From NCBI GenBank assembly GCA_030264375.1, contig JASCQW010000156.1, positions 19,613,620-19,677,619 on the forward strand: a DNA stretch of 64,000 bases. The letters run 5' to 3'. Numbering within the stretch: the stretch's first letter is position 1; the number at the start of each line of letters is the position of its first letter. The DNA is from Carcharhinus longimanus. Its lineage: Eukaryota. Positions 27,501 through 42,500 of the stretch are shown one piece after another. Both the position numbers and the translations under genes were made by a program. The notes below the pieces were generated by a model. That model worked only from the letters and a program-made list of their open reading frames with translations, searched no databases and was not told the origin of the DNA.

Positions 27501-30500
27501 GTTAATTTGATGCTAACCTGTTGTTGTCTCTTCTTTAGCCAAGTTGGAGAAGGAGTCTGTACTGTGTTACTCAACACACTTATCCCCATGGCAGCAGAAA
27601 TGTTGTCCAATGGTGATGGCACAGGATTCCCAGAACTCATGGTTGTTATGGCGACATTGGCCAGTGCTGGCCAGGGAGGAGGACACTTGCAGCTTCACCG
27701 TGCAGCTGTAGACTGGTTAGGGAAATGGTGAGTATGTGATACTAACTGGGTGAGTGATTACAATACATCAGTCTATGAAAAAGCCTTGAGTTGAATAGTT
27801 CAAATTAGAGTTTTGGCATTGATTTTAATTAAATGTTTTGAATGTGTTGTAAAACATTAATGTTTTAAATTGGATCAAATTTCTTGTGGGTGGGAGTTGT
27901 GTTTATTTGTTCCAAATTTGAAATGTTCAATTTCTCTGTGAATAGTTATGTCTTTGTTTTTCAGTAAAAAATATCTTTCCCAGAAGAATGTCTTGGAGAA
28001 GGTGGGAGCAAATGTAACCCAGGGGAAGGTGAGTTGAGGGGAGATTTTAGGGTTGTGTTAAATTGGTGTGTGCTTAAATCCATAATCGCTGACTTTGCAA
28101 ATAATTAATTTTTTTGAATCGTCTCCGTTTTTCTGCAACTTGCCCAAGTAAAAACTTGGCCTTTTGTTACTGTCTTTATGGGGTATGAACTGGAAATGGA
28201 GCATACAATATGATTATACCTGTGAGCAGTTTGAACATACGTGGTTTTGACTCCCAGTTTAACATTTTTATCTTGTGCAGCATGTAGGCATGCTTGACTG
28301 TGCTTGTCACATCATGTCCTATCTTGCCGATGTCATGAATGCAATGCGACAGAACAGCGGGCAGGGATCAACGCACCTGGTAGTGGATGGTGAGGAAAGA
28401 GCAATTGAGGTTGATTCCGATTGGGTAGAAGATCTGGTTGTAGAAGAAGAGGATTCTCAAGCAGAGGACTCAGTGAGTAGTTTGCAAGCCTGCTAAATAG
28501 TTTTATTCAATGTATTTGTAAACTGATAGGAACATCATAGACGGATTGCAGACATAATGAGTGGATTTTATTCCCCCTGCAGGATGAAGATTCCTTGTGT
28601 AACAAGCTCTGCACATTCACAATTACGCAGAAGGAGTTCATGAACCAGCACTGGTGAGAACATTGATCCTTCTGTTAAGCTGATGGTGTGTGAGCTTCAG
28701 GAGTTATCCTTCAGTTAGAGTGATGTAGGGATGGAGGATTTAAGTCAGTCAGAATAATCCCAGTGTGACAATCTCTCCCCATTCTCCTTGGCCCTAATCC
28801 CTCTAGAATGGAAGTATCATCAATCTAAGAGCTACAGTGGTTCAGGATGAAGGTCTTCTGTCCTCAGGATAACTACCATTATGTAACGCTCTTTTACAGC
28901 CTCAGGATGCTCCAAAGCACTTTACAATCAAATAAATTCCTTGGCAGTATAAATACAGTTGTAATGTAGGAAACATGGCAGTCAATGTGCGTACAGCAGG
29001 TTTCCACAAACAGCAATGAGGTAATAATCAGATCATCTTTTTAAGTGTTGATGGTCAAGGAATGAAAATTGGCCAGGGTAGTGAGGAGAACTCCCCTTCA
29101 AAATAGTGCCTTGGAATCTTTTACGTTTACTTGAACGCAGGCAAGAAATGGCTTAAAGCCCACTTGAAAGATGGCACCTCCGATAATTCAGCAATCCCTT
29201 GCTGAACTTAGATTATGTCATTGTCTGTGGAGTGGAACTTGAACATGTGGCCCTGTGACTCACGTAGGAAGACTACAATTAAATTCCTGCTGGTACCTGA
29301 CAGCTAGGAAGATAGGCAATAAATATGGTCTTTGTGCAGGTTCCGTAATCAAATTTTAAACTAAACAATTAACTTCCTGTATCAGAAATGATAACAGAAA
29401 TAAGAATCAGTGATAAATTTCATAGTTTTGTACATCAGAGTGAAATTGGCAGATGATGTGTTCAGATGATTAATGCGTTCTTGCAAATACAGCTATCATT
29501 TAAAATGTGCTGTTGTCATTGGTTCTGCCATTGTCATGTCCTGAAGCATGCTTCTCTCAGCATAGAACATCAAATGGAATGTTCTGCACTGGTTTTGATG
29601 ATGGGAGAAGGTCACTTGACAGCACACTGTTTCCCCACTATTTGGAATAGAAACTGTTCTGTGATCTATTCTTTATTAAAGGCATAAATCACAAAGCATG
29701 TATAACATCAAATCTGTTTTAAAATGGCGTTTGTGCGAGATTAAGCATGACTGTGAATGGGAGAGGATGAACTGATTCAATTTAATCTTCTGTTTCAGGT
29801 ATCACTGTCACACCTGTAAAATGGTGGAAGGAGTAGGAGTTTGCACCATTTGTGCTAAAGTCTGTCACAAGGATCATGAGATTTCTTATGCCAAGTATGG
29901 ATCATTCTTCTGTGACTGTGGAGCAAAGGAAGACGGAAGTTGTCAAGTATGTGATGAAAATAATTTGTACTGAAGGCAATAATGAAACCAGTTTAGTGCT
30001 TCGTTGTACCATATGTCAGTCAATGTTTATGCAAATTAATTTGGTGACCACATTTCAGATTCTATTTGTATCATTATTCACGCGTCTTTAAAGCCCATGT
30101 TATTTGTGCCTACTGTCTGGCCCACTCCACTCCACCTCCAGTGTTCCAAGTCTGTGTTTACTTTTCCCACCACATCTGTTCCAAACTCTTTCACTGTGAT
30201 TCCTTTACCTGTCCACCCCAGTCAATGACCTTCCCTATGAAGCACACAATCTTTTTCTCAAACTTTCCCAAGTTAGCCATTCCACATACCTTTCCTTTGG
30301 CCCATCTCTTGTAGGGCTGCCTGTCTTGGACACTTGCAACTGTTAAAAACAGAAAATCTATAGCGAAGACTTCTGCACCTGAGCCACAGGATCACTTCAG
30401 TACTACCCCAGTTCCATCTTTCAACCCTGTTCCACATTTGTTACTTTTTGATTAGATTAACTATAGACATGGCTTCAGCTTTCATATATGTTCTACTATC

Positions 30501-33500
30501 AGTCAGCTCTACCTTTTGGCTAAACCATCCTGTTTGGTTATTACCAAAAACTCCAAACCCTCACTCTGGCTTCACACTAGATGTTTGCTGAGGCTAACTA
30601 CTAAAATTCTGAATCTTTGTGTCCTGCTCAAGCCAAGCTGAATTTCAAAGCCTCATATCCTGACCATTGACGAGATTTATTACCATCCCCACACCACCTC
30701 CCCCGAATCTTCATTCACCACCATTCCTCAGAAACTTGTTTAAAAATGTATTCATAGGATTTGGGTGTCACTGGCTGGGCCAGCATTTAGCCCCCATCCC
30801 TGAGGACATTTAAGAATTAACCACATTGCCATGGATCTGGAGTCACAAATAGGCCAAAGCAAGTAAGGACGACAGATTTCCTTCCCTCAAGGACATTAGT
30901 GAACTAGGTGAGTTTTTACAACAATTGCCAATAGTTCCATGCTCATCAGTAGACTTTTAATTCCAGATTTTTATTGAAGTCAAATTTCAACAGCTACCAG
31001 GATGGGATTTAAATCCAGGTCCCAGAGCATTAACCTGGGTCTCTGGATGATTACTCCAGCAAAAATACTACTATGTCACAGCACCCTTACTCTGTCACAG
31101 TCTTACTATGCTTTTCATGTTTCCAGGCCTGACCCTTTAATTCACTGTTGAATGGACCTGCGTACCAGTTAGGAGCATGAGTAGGCGAGTAAGACACTTG
31201 TCATGGATGCACATTTCTTGCTTTCAAACTGAACGTAACATCCTATCACGTTGTGATCGCTGTCACTTTGAGGCTCCTTTAACATGAGGCTACTGGTTAA
31301 TCCTGTCTCAGTGCATATTACCCACACCCAGAATAGCTTTGCTCCCTGGTGGCTCCAGAACACACTGCTGTCAGAAATTGTCCTGAAAACATGCTATGAA
31401 CTCATTTTCCAGGCTACATTGATTCTCCCAGTTTATGTGTAGATTAAAGTCACCCATGTTGATTGAGTATCTTTCTTATATGCCTTATTTATTTTTTCCT
31501 GTAAGCTGTTTCTATAGTGTAACTACTGTTAAGCTCCCTATAAACTACTCCCACAAGTAACCTCTTAGCTTTAACATATAATCTCTACCCAAACTGACTC
31601 CACTACTGAACCAATACCATCCTTAATTACCAGAGCTACACTGCCATCTTTTCCGAACTTCTGTCATTCTGATATGTCACATACCCTTCAGCACTTAAAA
31701 CTCAGCCTTATCACCTTTCAACCATGTATCTGTAATGCCTATCAGGTCATTCATGTTTTTATTTGTGCTAATAACTCATCCCTTTTCTTGCAAATGCTTC
31801 ATGCAGGGTGTTAAACTCTGTTTTTACCAATTTTGCAATCTCTGGCCTTTTCCGATGGTTCACTCTTAAGATTGTATATTCTGCACTCCCCGTTTCTATC
31901 TGGTAGTCATTATCCAAATTGTTGCCCTCCGTATTACTTTGTTGTTTTGCTTTACCATATCTGCTCTCAAGTAATCCCTTCTATCCAGTATTCAGTTTAA
32001 AACCTCTCTACCACCCGAGTTATACAATTTGCCAGAACACTGGTCCTGGCATAGCGCAGGTAGAAGTAAAGTTAAAATTTATTTATTAGTCATAAGTAAG
32101 GTTTACATTAATATTGCAATGAAGCTACTGTGAAATTCCCCTAGTCATCACAGTCCGGTGCCTGTTTGGGTCAAAGCATCTAACCAGTGCATCTTCAGAA
32201 TGTGGGAGGAAACCCATGCAGACATGGGGAGAACATTCAAATTCCACACAAAAAGTGACCCAAGCCGGGAATTGAACCCAGGTCCCTGGCACTCTGAAGA
32301 AGCAGTGCTAATTGCTGTGCTATTGCGCTGCCGTGTGGACTGTTCCAGCGGTACAGATCCCATTTCCCCAGTACTAATGCCAGTGGTCCATGAATCAAAA
32401 CCCATTCTCCCACACTAATCTTGAAGCCATGCATTCATCTCTCTATTCTTATTTACCTTATGCCAATTTGCTTGTGGCTCAGGTTTGAGGAGCTACTTTT
32501 TAATTTGGCGCCGAGCTGCTCATACTCCCTCAAGGGAAGCTCTTTTCCAGCCCTACCTATGTCATTAGTATATTTGTATCCTAGAAGGAGTCACTCTAAC
32601 TCAGTCTAAGAAAGTATTCTTTAACCCTGCCTCCACTGATTTTGGAAAAATAATTCCAGACTAACTGAACTGGGTTCTCCATTTTTAACCACAAACATTT
32701 CAGTCTTGTATGCAAAGCCAGTAAAGATTATGTTGACGCCAGTGCAACTTAAGAGACTTCTACATAATTTTTCCATCATTATGGCACACATGGAGCCTTG
32801 GAGCCTGATATAAAAGTCAAACCCCTGTCCCTGTTCATGCTTGTATTTTGAGTTGCTGACACTAACAGATCGTGATGCCTAATTTAGGATTTAGCCATCA
32901 ATAAATGACAGCAATAAAAGCAACCCTTTCTAAAGCTACAGGCCCATGACATTTGAACAAGAGTTGAAATAGGACTGAACAATGAGGGCCTGGGGCTGCA
33001 TTTTGGTTGCCTCTGTTCCATATTCCTTTCTCTGTGGGTGTTTTTTAATGGAATTGACAAGTACAATATTGGTGTTTCCGCAGGCTCTGGTAAAACGCAG
33101 TCCGAGCAGTGGCATTAGCTCTACCTTGAAGGAATCATCTGCCTTCCAGAATGAGCCCCGTGTTCCAGAAAGTGCCCTGCGGCACCAAAGCACTTCACCA
33201 GCAGATAAATGTAAAGTGATGAGTGCAGATGGCAAGACCGGTGAGGATGACAAGCCAAAGAAGAGTACTTTGTGTAAACAGATCGAGGGATGCAGGGAGG
33301 AGCTGCAGTGCCAGGTGGTGAGTACATTGTCCAAATTGAGAGACAAAGTCTGCTCAGGCAGTGTGCTATTGTGGAATAGTTGGCCAATGAATTTGTAAGG
33401 CTTTTTGACGTTGTCATGGTCTACTTCATTTTGAAAGATTTCAGAAATAATCATTTTAGTTATATTAGCATCCAGGAACTCTTATCATTCTGCAAACTTT

Positions 33501-36500
33501 ACACCACAGGTCCCCTGTGCCTTGTACAGTAACAGTAATGAGCTGTTGACTTGCACAGATCAGGACATATTGCATTTGATTTCTGGATCTATACTGTTTT
33601 TGCATTACCTGGGACAGTGCGGAGGAAATATGAGATTAACAAAGGCTCTTGTTCTTGGTAGTTACTGGCTGATACCATCTGGAAATTGCATGTGACCATC
33701 AAGTCAGGACAGGATTTGTCACACCTTCAGCAGAATAGCTCAGCAGCATTCGCTGTCAGGACAAATGGCCATTTGTATTTGACCCCCTTAAAATTTAGTC
33801 CCAACAAGAGTCAGTGACTTCTGGGAGGGAGAAAACTTAGTGGGGAAAATAACATTATAGCACAGATAAAAGGCCCTTCGGTCCATAGTGCCTGTGCCAG
33901 TTCTTTTGAGAGGACAGGTCCAATTTGTCCTGCAAGCCTGTTCTTTCCTCGCATCCCTGAAAATATAAGTACATAATTAATCCCTTTTGAAAATTACTAT
34001 TGAATCTGCTCCCACCATTTGCTGAAATAATTTTTCATACTTACTCTTAACATCATTTTTCATGAATTTGAACGTGTTTTATGCCCTTTAATTTCTCTGC
34101 TCGAAGGGGAGCAGTCCCAGTTTCTCTTATCCCTGAATGAAGTCCATGATATCATTCCTGTACTCACCCTTGCCCCTACCGCCAATCTCTTAACACCCTA
34201 ATGTGTGGGTGTGATTATGTGACATTGTATTGTGTGGTCTGTGTGAGTGTGTGTGTGTGTGTGGCTATGTGAGGTGGCTTTATGTGTGTGTGTGTGGAAG
34301 TTATTCAACTTTAGTTACATATTATTGTGTCACCTCAGTACTCCAATGTGTGGTTGGGTGTGTGGCAGTGTGGTTGAGATTTTTACTTGCCCTAACATAT
34401 GTTCAGTTGTCTGTTTCATTTGAAAGCCAGAAGCCTTCACAAAGCCCCAGCAGTTGATTCCAGTAATAGGAAGTGCCCATTTCTCATCTTTTAGAAGATG
34501 CAGTTTACTTTTTACTGCGATTGAAGGTGTGTCTGTTTCAATGGGGCACTGGTTACTCTTTCTGCTCTCATTGATCAATGCAGGGGCACTATGGAGATAG
34601 TTTAGAGGAGCAGTGTTTGAAAGTGATGTGTCCAATGCTAATGCAGTTTTAAAGTAATCTTTAGTTCTTTGATAATGGGGTGCAAGAGACATCCACACCC
34701 CCTAGACTGGCTAACTCTAAGGGTCAGGAGCAGGAGGGAGCTGCTGAGAAGAGGAAGGAGGGTGGGGACCAAATGCCTCAGCCTCTCAATCTGCATAACA
34801 GGTTTGAGGTTCTTGCTTCCAGTGTGGNNNNNNNNNNNNNNNNNNNNNNNNNNNNNNNNNNNNNNNNNNNNNNNNNNNNNNNNNNNNNNNNNNNNNNNNN
34901 NNNNNNNNNNNNNNNNNNNNNNNNNNNTCTTATTGAATGGCGGGGCAGGCTTGAAGGGCTAGATGGCCTACTCCTGCTCCTATTTCTTATGTTCTTTTAA
35001 TTTTGTGCACATTTTTTCAGTGCTGAGAAACATTTTTGTTCTTTGCTAGATTTGAAACCAGTTGCTTTTTGCCAGTTTCTGTTGCTGGTAGAGCTATGAA
35101 AATTTGGGTATCATTAACAAGTTTTGGCAATGTGTTTCCTGTTTTGTTGCTGTACTGACCACCTCTGAGCACTGTAATTAAACCTATTGAATGGCATTAT
35201 CAAATTATTGTTTGACCTTTAAAGGATATTTGTATCCATGGTGATTTGGGAATTCAAAATGTGTCTAACATACAAATTTAATGTTTTAATTGGCTCGCTT
35301 AAATTCAGAGTGGAGAGTTAATGAATAAAAATGCAAAGAATTGCAGATACACCATGTGGCTAAGACTAAAGAACCATAGAATCCCCGCAGTGCACATGTT
35401 TGCACCGACTCTCTGAAAGAGCATTCCACTCAAGCTCTCCTTTCCGCCCTATCCCTGTAACACCAAGCATTTACCATGGCCAATCCACTTAACCTGCATA
35501 TCTTTGGATACCAAGAGCAGGATTTTCTAGCCGTGTTCACCCATGACCGGAAAATCCTATCTGAGGTCTGCAGACCGTTTATGTCCTGCCCATTATGATT
35601 CCCATGGTGGGTGAGATGGGAAAATTCTGCCCTAAGGGTCAATTTTGCATGGCTAATCTGCTTAACCTGCACATCTTTGGATTGTGGGAGGAAACTGGAG
35701 CATCCAAGGAAACCCATGCTAACTCTGGGAGAATGCAAAATCTATGCAGTCACTGAAGGTCAGAATTGAACTCAGGTCCATGGTGCTGTAGGCAGTAGTG
35801 CTAACCACTGTGCCAATGTAAAGAGACATATTTCATACTACCGGACACTGGAATATATCATAGACATCCTGTGGTGTATGAGGGTGGTCAGAATGTAATT
35901 GCTACATAATTGACTATTAATTGTACGAAGTGTTTTTCTCCTACGTGGTCTTGGTGTGGTGCTCGTTCGGTGGTGTTCTGTGTCTTCACATCAAATTACC
36001 TTATCATGGAGACATTTGGGCATTGGGTAGATGTTAACAGTACCTGAACTGCTCTGAGAAGTGTCAGAGTAGCATATCAGTAATATTGGCATTGTCAGCT
36101 GGAATTGTACATGAATCAAGGAGCTCAAGCGAAAAAAATCAATGTTTTTCTAATTTAGTTGGTAAAATCATTAGAAGTTGTAGCTCAGTAATTGGTTCCC
36201 CCCCTGCTTCCAGTTGACATTTTCCCACGAACACTGCTGGTCATTGTGCTTACAAAATGAGAAATATACGCCTGACAAGATCAGCTTTCCTTTATGACCA
36301 TGTACATGCAAGTCCACTAATATTCTCCCTAGTAAATATAGGAAAAGTCCTTTTTCATTTTTATAATGTGGATCAGTGAGATAAAAGATGAGAATACATC
36401 ACTGGAACTTTTACAGCAATAAATACTTCAACAATACAGGGTCGACACAGAGCAAAGCTCCCTTTTATAGTGTTCCATCAAACATTCCCACAGTAAGTGC

Positions 36501-39500
36501 AGCATGGATTAAATGCAGAGTCATGCATCCCTCTGCACTGTCCCATCAAACACTTCCTATCAAATCTTGTAATCACTTAAAAACACCTCATTTCAGTTAT
36601 TCTTTAACCTTCTAGATTCAAATGAATATAAATGTAGTCTATGCAACCTGCCCCATGATTTACAGTCCAGTGAATCTGCTACGCACTCCTCCAATACCAA
36701 TGTGTCCTTCCTGAGTTCCAGTGCCCAGAATTAATAATGTACTACAGATAGGATCTGACCAGAGCTCTGTACAGTTGTAAATATAACTTGACCCCTTTGT
36801 TTTTTGTCTCAAAGAGACTGGAATACAATGTTCCAGTGCTATTTCAAAATATTTTTTGCACCTGTCCGCTTGTGATTTTTTTTTAATGCTTGCTATTCAT
36901 CCATAGTTTTGAGCTTCTTGCCACTTGGTCAGTGGCAGCTTGGTTGAGACTATGCAGGGTAATTTCACATCAGATTCTTAGAATCAGCAGAGACTTTCAT
37001 CTTGGCAGCTTGGATTGGATTCACCCCAGATTCCAAATGGGAAAGAACCCATCTCTAATCCATTGCATCAGTTAGGAGGACTCAGTTGTTGTTCTATCTT
37101 CTAACCTTGTTCCTCTTCCCATTTCCCAGTCTGGTTGCTGTACTGCTGGGTTAGTCCTTGATATGCTCGTCTTCTTGATGGATGCTATCCAGACAAATTT
37201 CCAGCAAGCCTCAGCGGTTGGCAGCAGCAGCCGGGCCCAGCAGGCACTTGATGATCTGCATACAATGGAGAAGAACATGGAAATGACTGACCAGCTGATG
37301 GTACGCCCTGGAACTGGAAATGGAGTGTTAAGGGTTAGAAAGTGTTTGGTACAGTAATTGAATATGATGAGTGATGTAATGCTGTGTAATATATGTGAAC
37401 TGTGATATTCCTCTGTAACAAGCAGCGAAAAAATTCACTATCATACAAAGTTAAATCACATGGTGCAAACCACCCCTACCATATAATTTGGTTGTTAGAA
37501 CTGGCCCTCCCATCACAATACGCCATACTATGCTAGCGGTAAACAGAAACCTATATGTAATTCATTTATACACCAATTGTTGCAAAGTAGTGACACGTTA
37601 AAGGGTTGAATTAACAACTTCCGTGAGGGTGAAGCTTGGCGAATTCTTCCACCTTTACTTTATCATGCAGCTCCCACTGCCTCACTCTTGGGCTCTGATT
37701 GTTTTCCTGGAAGTATAAAGAGATATAGGAGAATGGCAGGAATAGATTATGTGGTACTTATCTTGAGGGGCAAATTACATTACTAGTAGAGTATTGCAGG
37801 GCAGGCTGTGGTAGAGTAACTGCTGTTGGAGGAATTCTAATGGTTCTGCTCCTCACATTTAGAATAATTTTGCTCACCACTTTTTTTTAAACCAAGTGGG
37901 GTGGGAATGTTTAAAAGTCGTTTGTATTCTGTCTAATTTGAGCTGTTGCTTGCTTCTCAGTTTTGTCTTGCTTCTTTTAAGATTCGTTTTCATGAGAATT
38001 ATTCAGGTTAGGTTTTTGATGTTCTGATGCTTCTAATTGAATGTTTTGATCTTGTAGGTTCCAACCCTGGGTTCTCAAGAAGGGGCCTTTGAGAATGTGC
38101 GGATGAACTACAGTGGAGACCAAGGGCAGACAATCCGGCAGCTAATCAGTGCACATGTGTTGCGTCGTGTGGCGATGTGCGTCCTCTCATCTCCACATGG
38201 CCGGCGACAGCACTTGGCNNNNNNNNNNNNNNNNNNNNNNNNNNNNNNNNNNNNNNNNNNNNNNNNNNNNNNNNNNNNNNNNNNNNNNNNNNNNNNNNNN
38301 NNNNNNNNNNNNNNNNNNNNNNNNNNNNNNNNNNNNNNNNNAAGGCCACACCACATTTACAACTGACAACTGGGTAGTTTGCAAGGCAACCACATATGGT
38401 ACTGAAGTCATGTATCGAACAGACAAGACATTGACGTTCTCCTGATGGATATTAATGAACTTGATTAGATTTTTTAAATAAACCTGGCAGGTGCTGTTCT
38501 ACAAGTTGCCTGATTTATCAAATTCAGTTTCACAATTTGTTGCATTTGGATTTGAACTAATGGCCATAATAACTTGCACTTGTCTAGTACGTAGGAACAT
38601 ACAAAATAGGAGCAGAAATAGCCCAGTCAGCTTCTTGAGCCTGCTTCGCCATTTGATAAGATTGTGGCTGATCTGTTGGTGTTTTAAGTTCTACGTTGTC
38701 ATCTATTCCCAATAACCTTTGATTCTCTCATCTAACAATAATCCTAACTACCTCCATCTTAAAAATATTAAATTATCCCACCTTCTGTGGCAGAGTACCA
38801 CTAATGTAAAAATAGCATTCCAAAGTACTTCACAAAGGCATAAGAAAAGAATGTGCTGAATGAGAAAATATATTAGGATGGATAAATGGGAACTAGATCA
38901 GTTGTAAACTTTAAGGGAAGCCTTAAAAGGGGGGAGAAATAGATGAAAAGGCAGAGTTTTACAGAGGGAATTCTAAAGTTTGGTGTCTTAGGCTTTAAAG
39001 GCACAGCTGCCAGTGCTAGACAAAAGGAGGCTAGAATTGGAGGAGTGGAGTTTGGGGTCATAATTGAATGGCTGAAGAGATTGTAAGGTGAGACAATGAA
39101 TGAATTTGAAAACAATGATGAGAATTTCAAACAGCAGTATGGGTTGACTCTCGGCTGTCCTTGGGCAACTAGGAATGGGCAATAAATGCTGGTCAGCCAG
39201 TGACACCCACATCCCATGAATGAATTAAACAAAAAAGTTGGGAGACCAGGAAGCAGCGTAGAAACAGAGGATAGGAAAGATGAGTAAATGAGACTAGATG
39301 TGGAATGATGTTAGTTTGACAGTAGTTTGAATGTGCTAATGTTTAAAGAGGTTAGAAAGGAAGCCAAGTCAGGGGAACATTGGAAAACTTGTCAGAGCAT
39401 TGATAAGGGGTTCAGCAGTGGTTGGGTTGGAGCAGGGGCAGAGATGCNNNNNNNNNNNNNNNNNNNNNNNNNNNNNNNNNNNNGAAGAGGATATGGGGTT

Positions 39501-42500
39501 GGAACCTCATCTCGGGGTCCAACTCAATGCCAGGGGTGTGAAGGCTAGTTTAATCTGAGACAGTTCCAAAGGAAAGGCATGGAATCAGAAACTTATCCAA
39601 GACTGTATATCAGACAGACAATCCATTGGAGCTCCAATTTTTGCAAAGAATGCAATCACAGAACTCATCTTTAGTCAGACTTGACACCATTTTATTTCCT
39701 TGTTGTAGATCACAGTGCTCCAATTGTCAGCCTTACTCAAACAGGCTGACTCAAGCAAGCGAAAACTGACATTGACTCGTCTAGCTTCAGCTCCAGTTCC
39801 TTTCACTGTTCTAAGTCTGACTGGAAACCCATGTAATGAGGACTACCTTGCTGTGTGTGGTCTCAAGGTAAGTGATGCCTGAAACCTTCAGAAAGCCAGA
39901 TCTCTTGTTGAATTTGTTTAGGTGGGATGGTGTCCCTGCCTCTAGGTATGCAAATCCCATTTAGTTCACAGACACAAATCGTTGAACAATTTGGCATGTC
40001 TGTTTTTGAAAGAAGGATGCAGGTTCCTTGGCTTTATAAATACAGGCAAAGAATACAAAACCAAGGAAGCTATGTTAAACATTGAGAAATCACCCATTGG
40101 ATCTCAGCTGGATTTGTGTCCAATTCTGGGCTTTGCTTTTAAGGAGGATATAAAAACTTGAGGGTGCAGAGATGTATTAGAATACTATCAAAGATGAGGG
40201 ACTTCAGTTACAAAAGAAGCTGGGATTGCTTCTCTTAGTGTGGAAAAGTTAAGGGGGAAATTTAATAGTGGCATTCAAAATTATGAGGTGTTTTGACAGA
40301 GAACTGTCTCTACTGGCAAAGGAGTTGGCAACCAGAGGATTCAGTTTTAATAATTGGTCAAATGTTCAGAGAGAAATTGGTATTTTTATATAGTGGGTTA
40401 TTGTAATCTGGAATGTACTGCCTGAAACCTAGTTATGTTTTAGCTTTTGTATGCTTGAAGTTCACCCATATCTTACCCTTTTGCTTTACTTTAAGTGTTG
40501 CCCTGTCACGTTTGCTGAAAAGCACAAGTTCAGAACATCTTNNNNNNNNNNNNNNNNNNTGTGATGGAAAGCACAGTCTTCCAGAAAGATATCAGGTGTC
40601 GTTGCTGATCAGCACTCCCTCTAGTGATCCTTATTTGACATTGACGAATGACAGGATCAGACTAGTTGTGTTGACTGCTCAGTGAATTAGTTTGCTCAGC
40701 TTACTGCCTAATTTCATGTGTGAATAATGATTCCTTGGGTTAGGGCCCAGATCATTGCTGTTGACCATGGAGCCATGCTCCAGCATAACTAAACACAGTG
40801 GGGAAGGATTTTTTAAACAGCTATCACTCTACCATTCAAAATTCCCTGGCTGACAGGGTAATATTGGTAACTGACAACCGACCTCAGTCATGTTCCAGGT
40901 ATTTCCTAGCGGACGTGTGTGGATCACTTGCTTTACTTCTCAGGATCATCTCATGAGCCATTCCATGTTTAACATTTTAATATAGACTGATGGTTTCACA
41001 GTGTCGTAATCTGTATGTACCTCATTCTCCAGGACTGTCATGTTCTGACATTCAGCAATTCAGGATCAGTCTCCGATCACCTTGTTCTCCATCCACAACT
41101 CGCCACTGGTAACTTTATCATTAAAGCAGTGTGGCTGCCAGGATCACAGACAGAGCTTGCAATTATAACAGCAGATTTTGTTAAGGTAAGACTGGGGTAG
41201 CAGAGTAAAATCTTTTTGCTGCTCTGCATTTCTCTTCCATCATCATGTTGTGCATCTCCATTTTGTAATGGAATGTATCTTGCTGAAAAGGTGTGTTCAT
41301 TCCTATCTTGTATATGTTGGCCTTTGTTCTAGTGACTGGTGCCAAAGATGGAGAATAGAACTTTGCCTAATTGGGCCACCCTTTGTTGGCTTCAGGCACT
41401 CCTGGATCAAGCATAAAATGCATTCAGGTTGATCTGTTTTCTGTGCACCCCACTGGCAGAAAAAGAGCCCTGACATGTCCCTGAATCCTTCTATGGTCTG
41501 CACAAACTTTCCTTATGTTGAATTCATGGAAAATTCATTTGCTGTAGACTATCCAAAAGCTGGGTTGTGACTCCTCAAACTCATTTCTTTCAGGACTCTC
41601 GCAGCTTACGGTGAACGTATCTCCGCACTGTAATAGAACCAAGTTCCTGGAGTGGCAAGTGTACTAGTTGCTATGCCATCTAGTACCCAAGGGGGGGAGG
41701 TTGAATATTTGTCACCCATTCTCATATTGCTGAGTGGCAGCATTGTACCAAAACTGTATTATTCTGCAAAGTAATAATTTACCATGATCTAAGACAAATG
41801 CAATATTAGGAACATATGGCATGTGGAAAAAAATAGCATTCCATTAAATACTCGTCAAAACCCAAGTGTTGGCTCAGCTATCCTTAAATTTGTGAAATAT
41901 TGCAACACAAGCTGCTTCAGCTAAAACAAATGAAAAGTCAGGTGCATTTTGAAGTTCCTTCACCAGTTGTATCCTCACCTCTGCTCGCAGGTTTATGACT
42001 TGTCCACTGATGCTTTGAGTCCAATGTACTATTTCCTTTTGCCGAGCTCAAAGATCCGTGACACAACATTTTTGTTCAGTGAGGAAGGGAAGAGTATCAT
42101 TGTTATCATGTCTTCGGCTGGTTATATCTATACCCAAGTGATGGAAGAAGCAAGCAGTGCTCAGCACGGACCTTTCTACGTCACCAATGTGCTTGAAATC
42201 ACACACGAGGATCTGAAGGTTTGTGGAGCATGTTTAAGTAGAGTTTTGTACAGTGTGTTCACTTTATGCAGGTATAACATTTTCTATTTTCTAGTTAGTG
42301 ATGGCACCATGGAAGTCTTGTCCAATCGAACATCACTGTAACTGGAAAGTGATGATACTCAGTTGCTAGAATGACTCAGCTAAGAATTAGAATTGGGTTG
42401 TCTGAGATAAGTAACTTAGGGCTGACAAGGAAAATAGCTTGCAGTCCTTACCTGGTCGCCTATGTGTGACTCCCAAGGCCACTAGAAATGAGCAGTAAAT

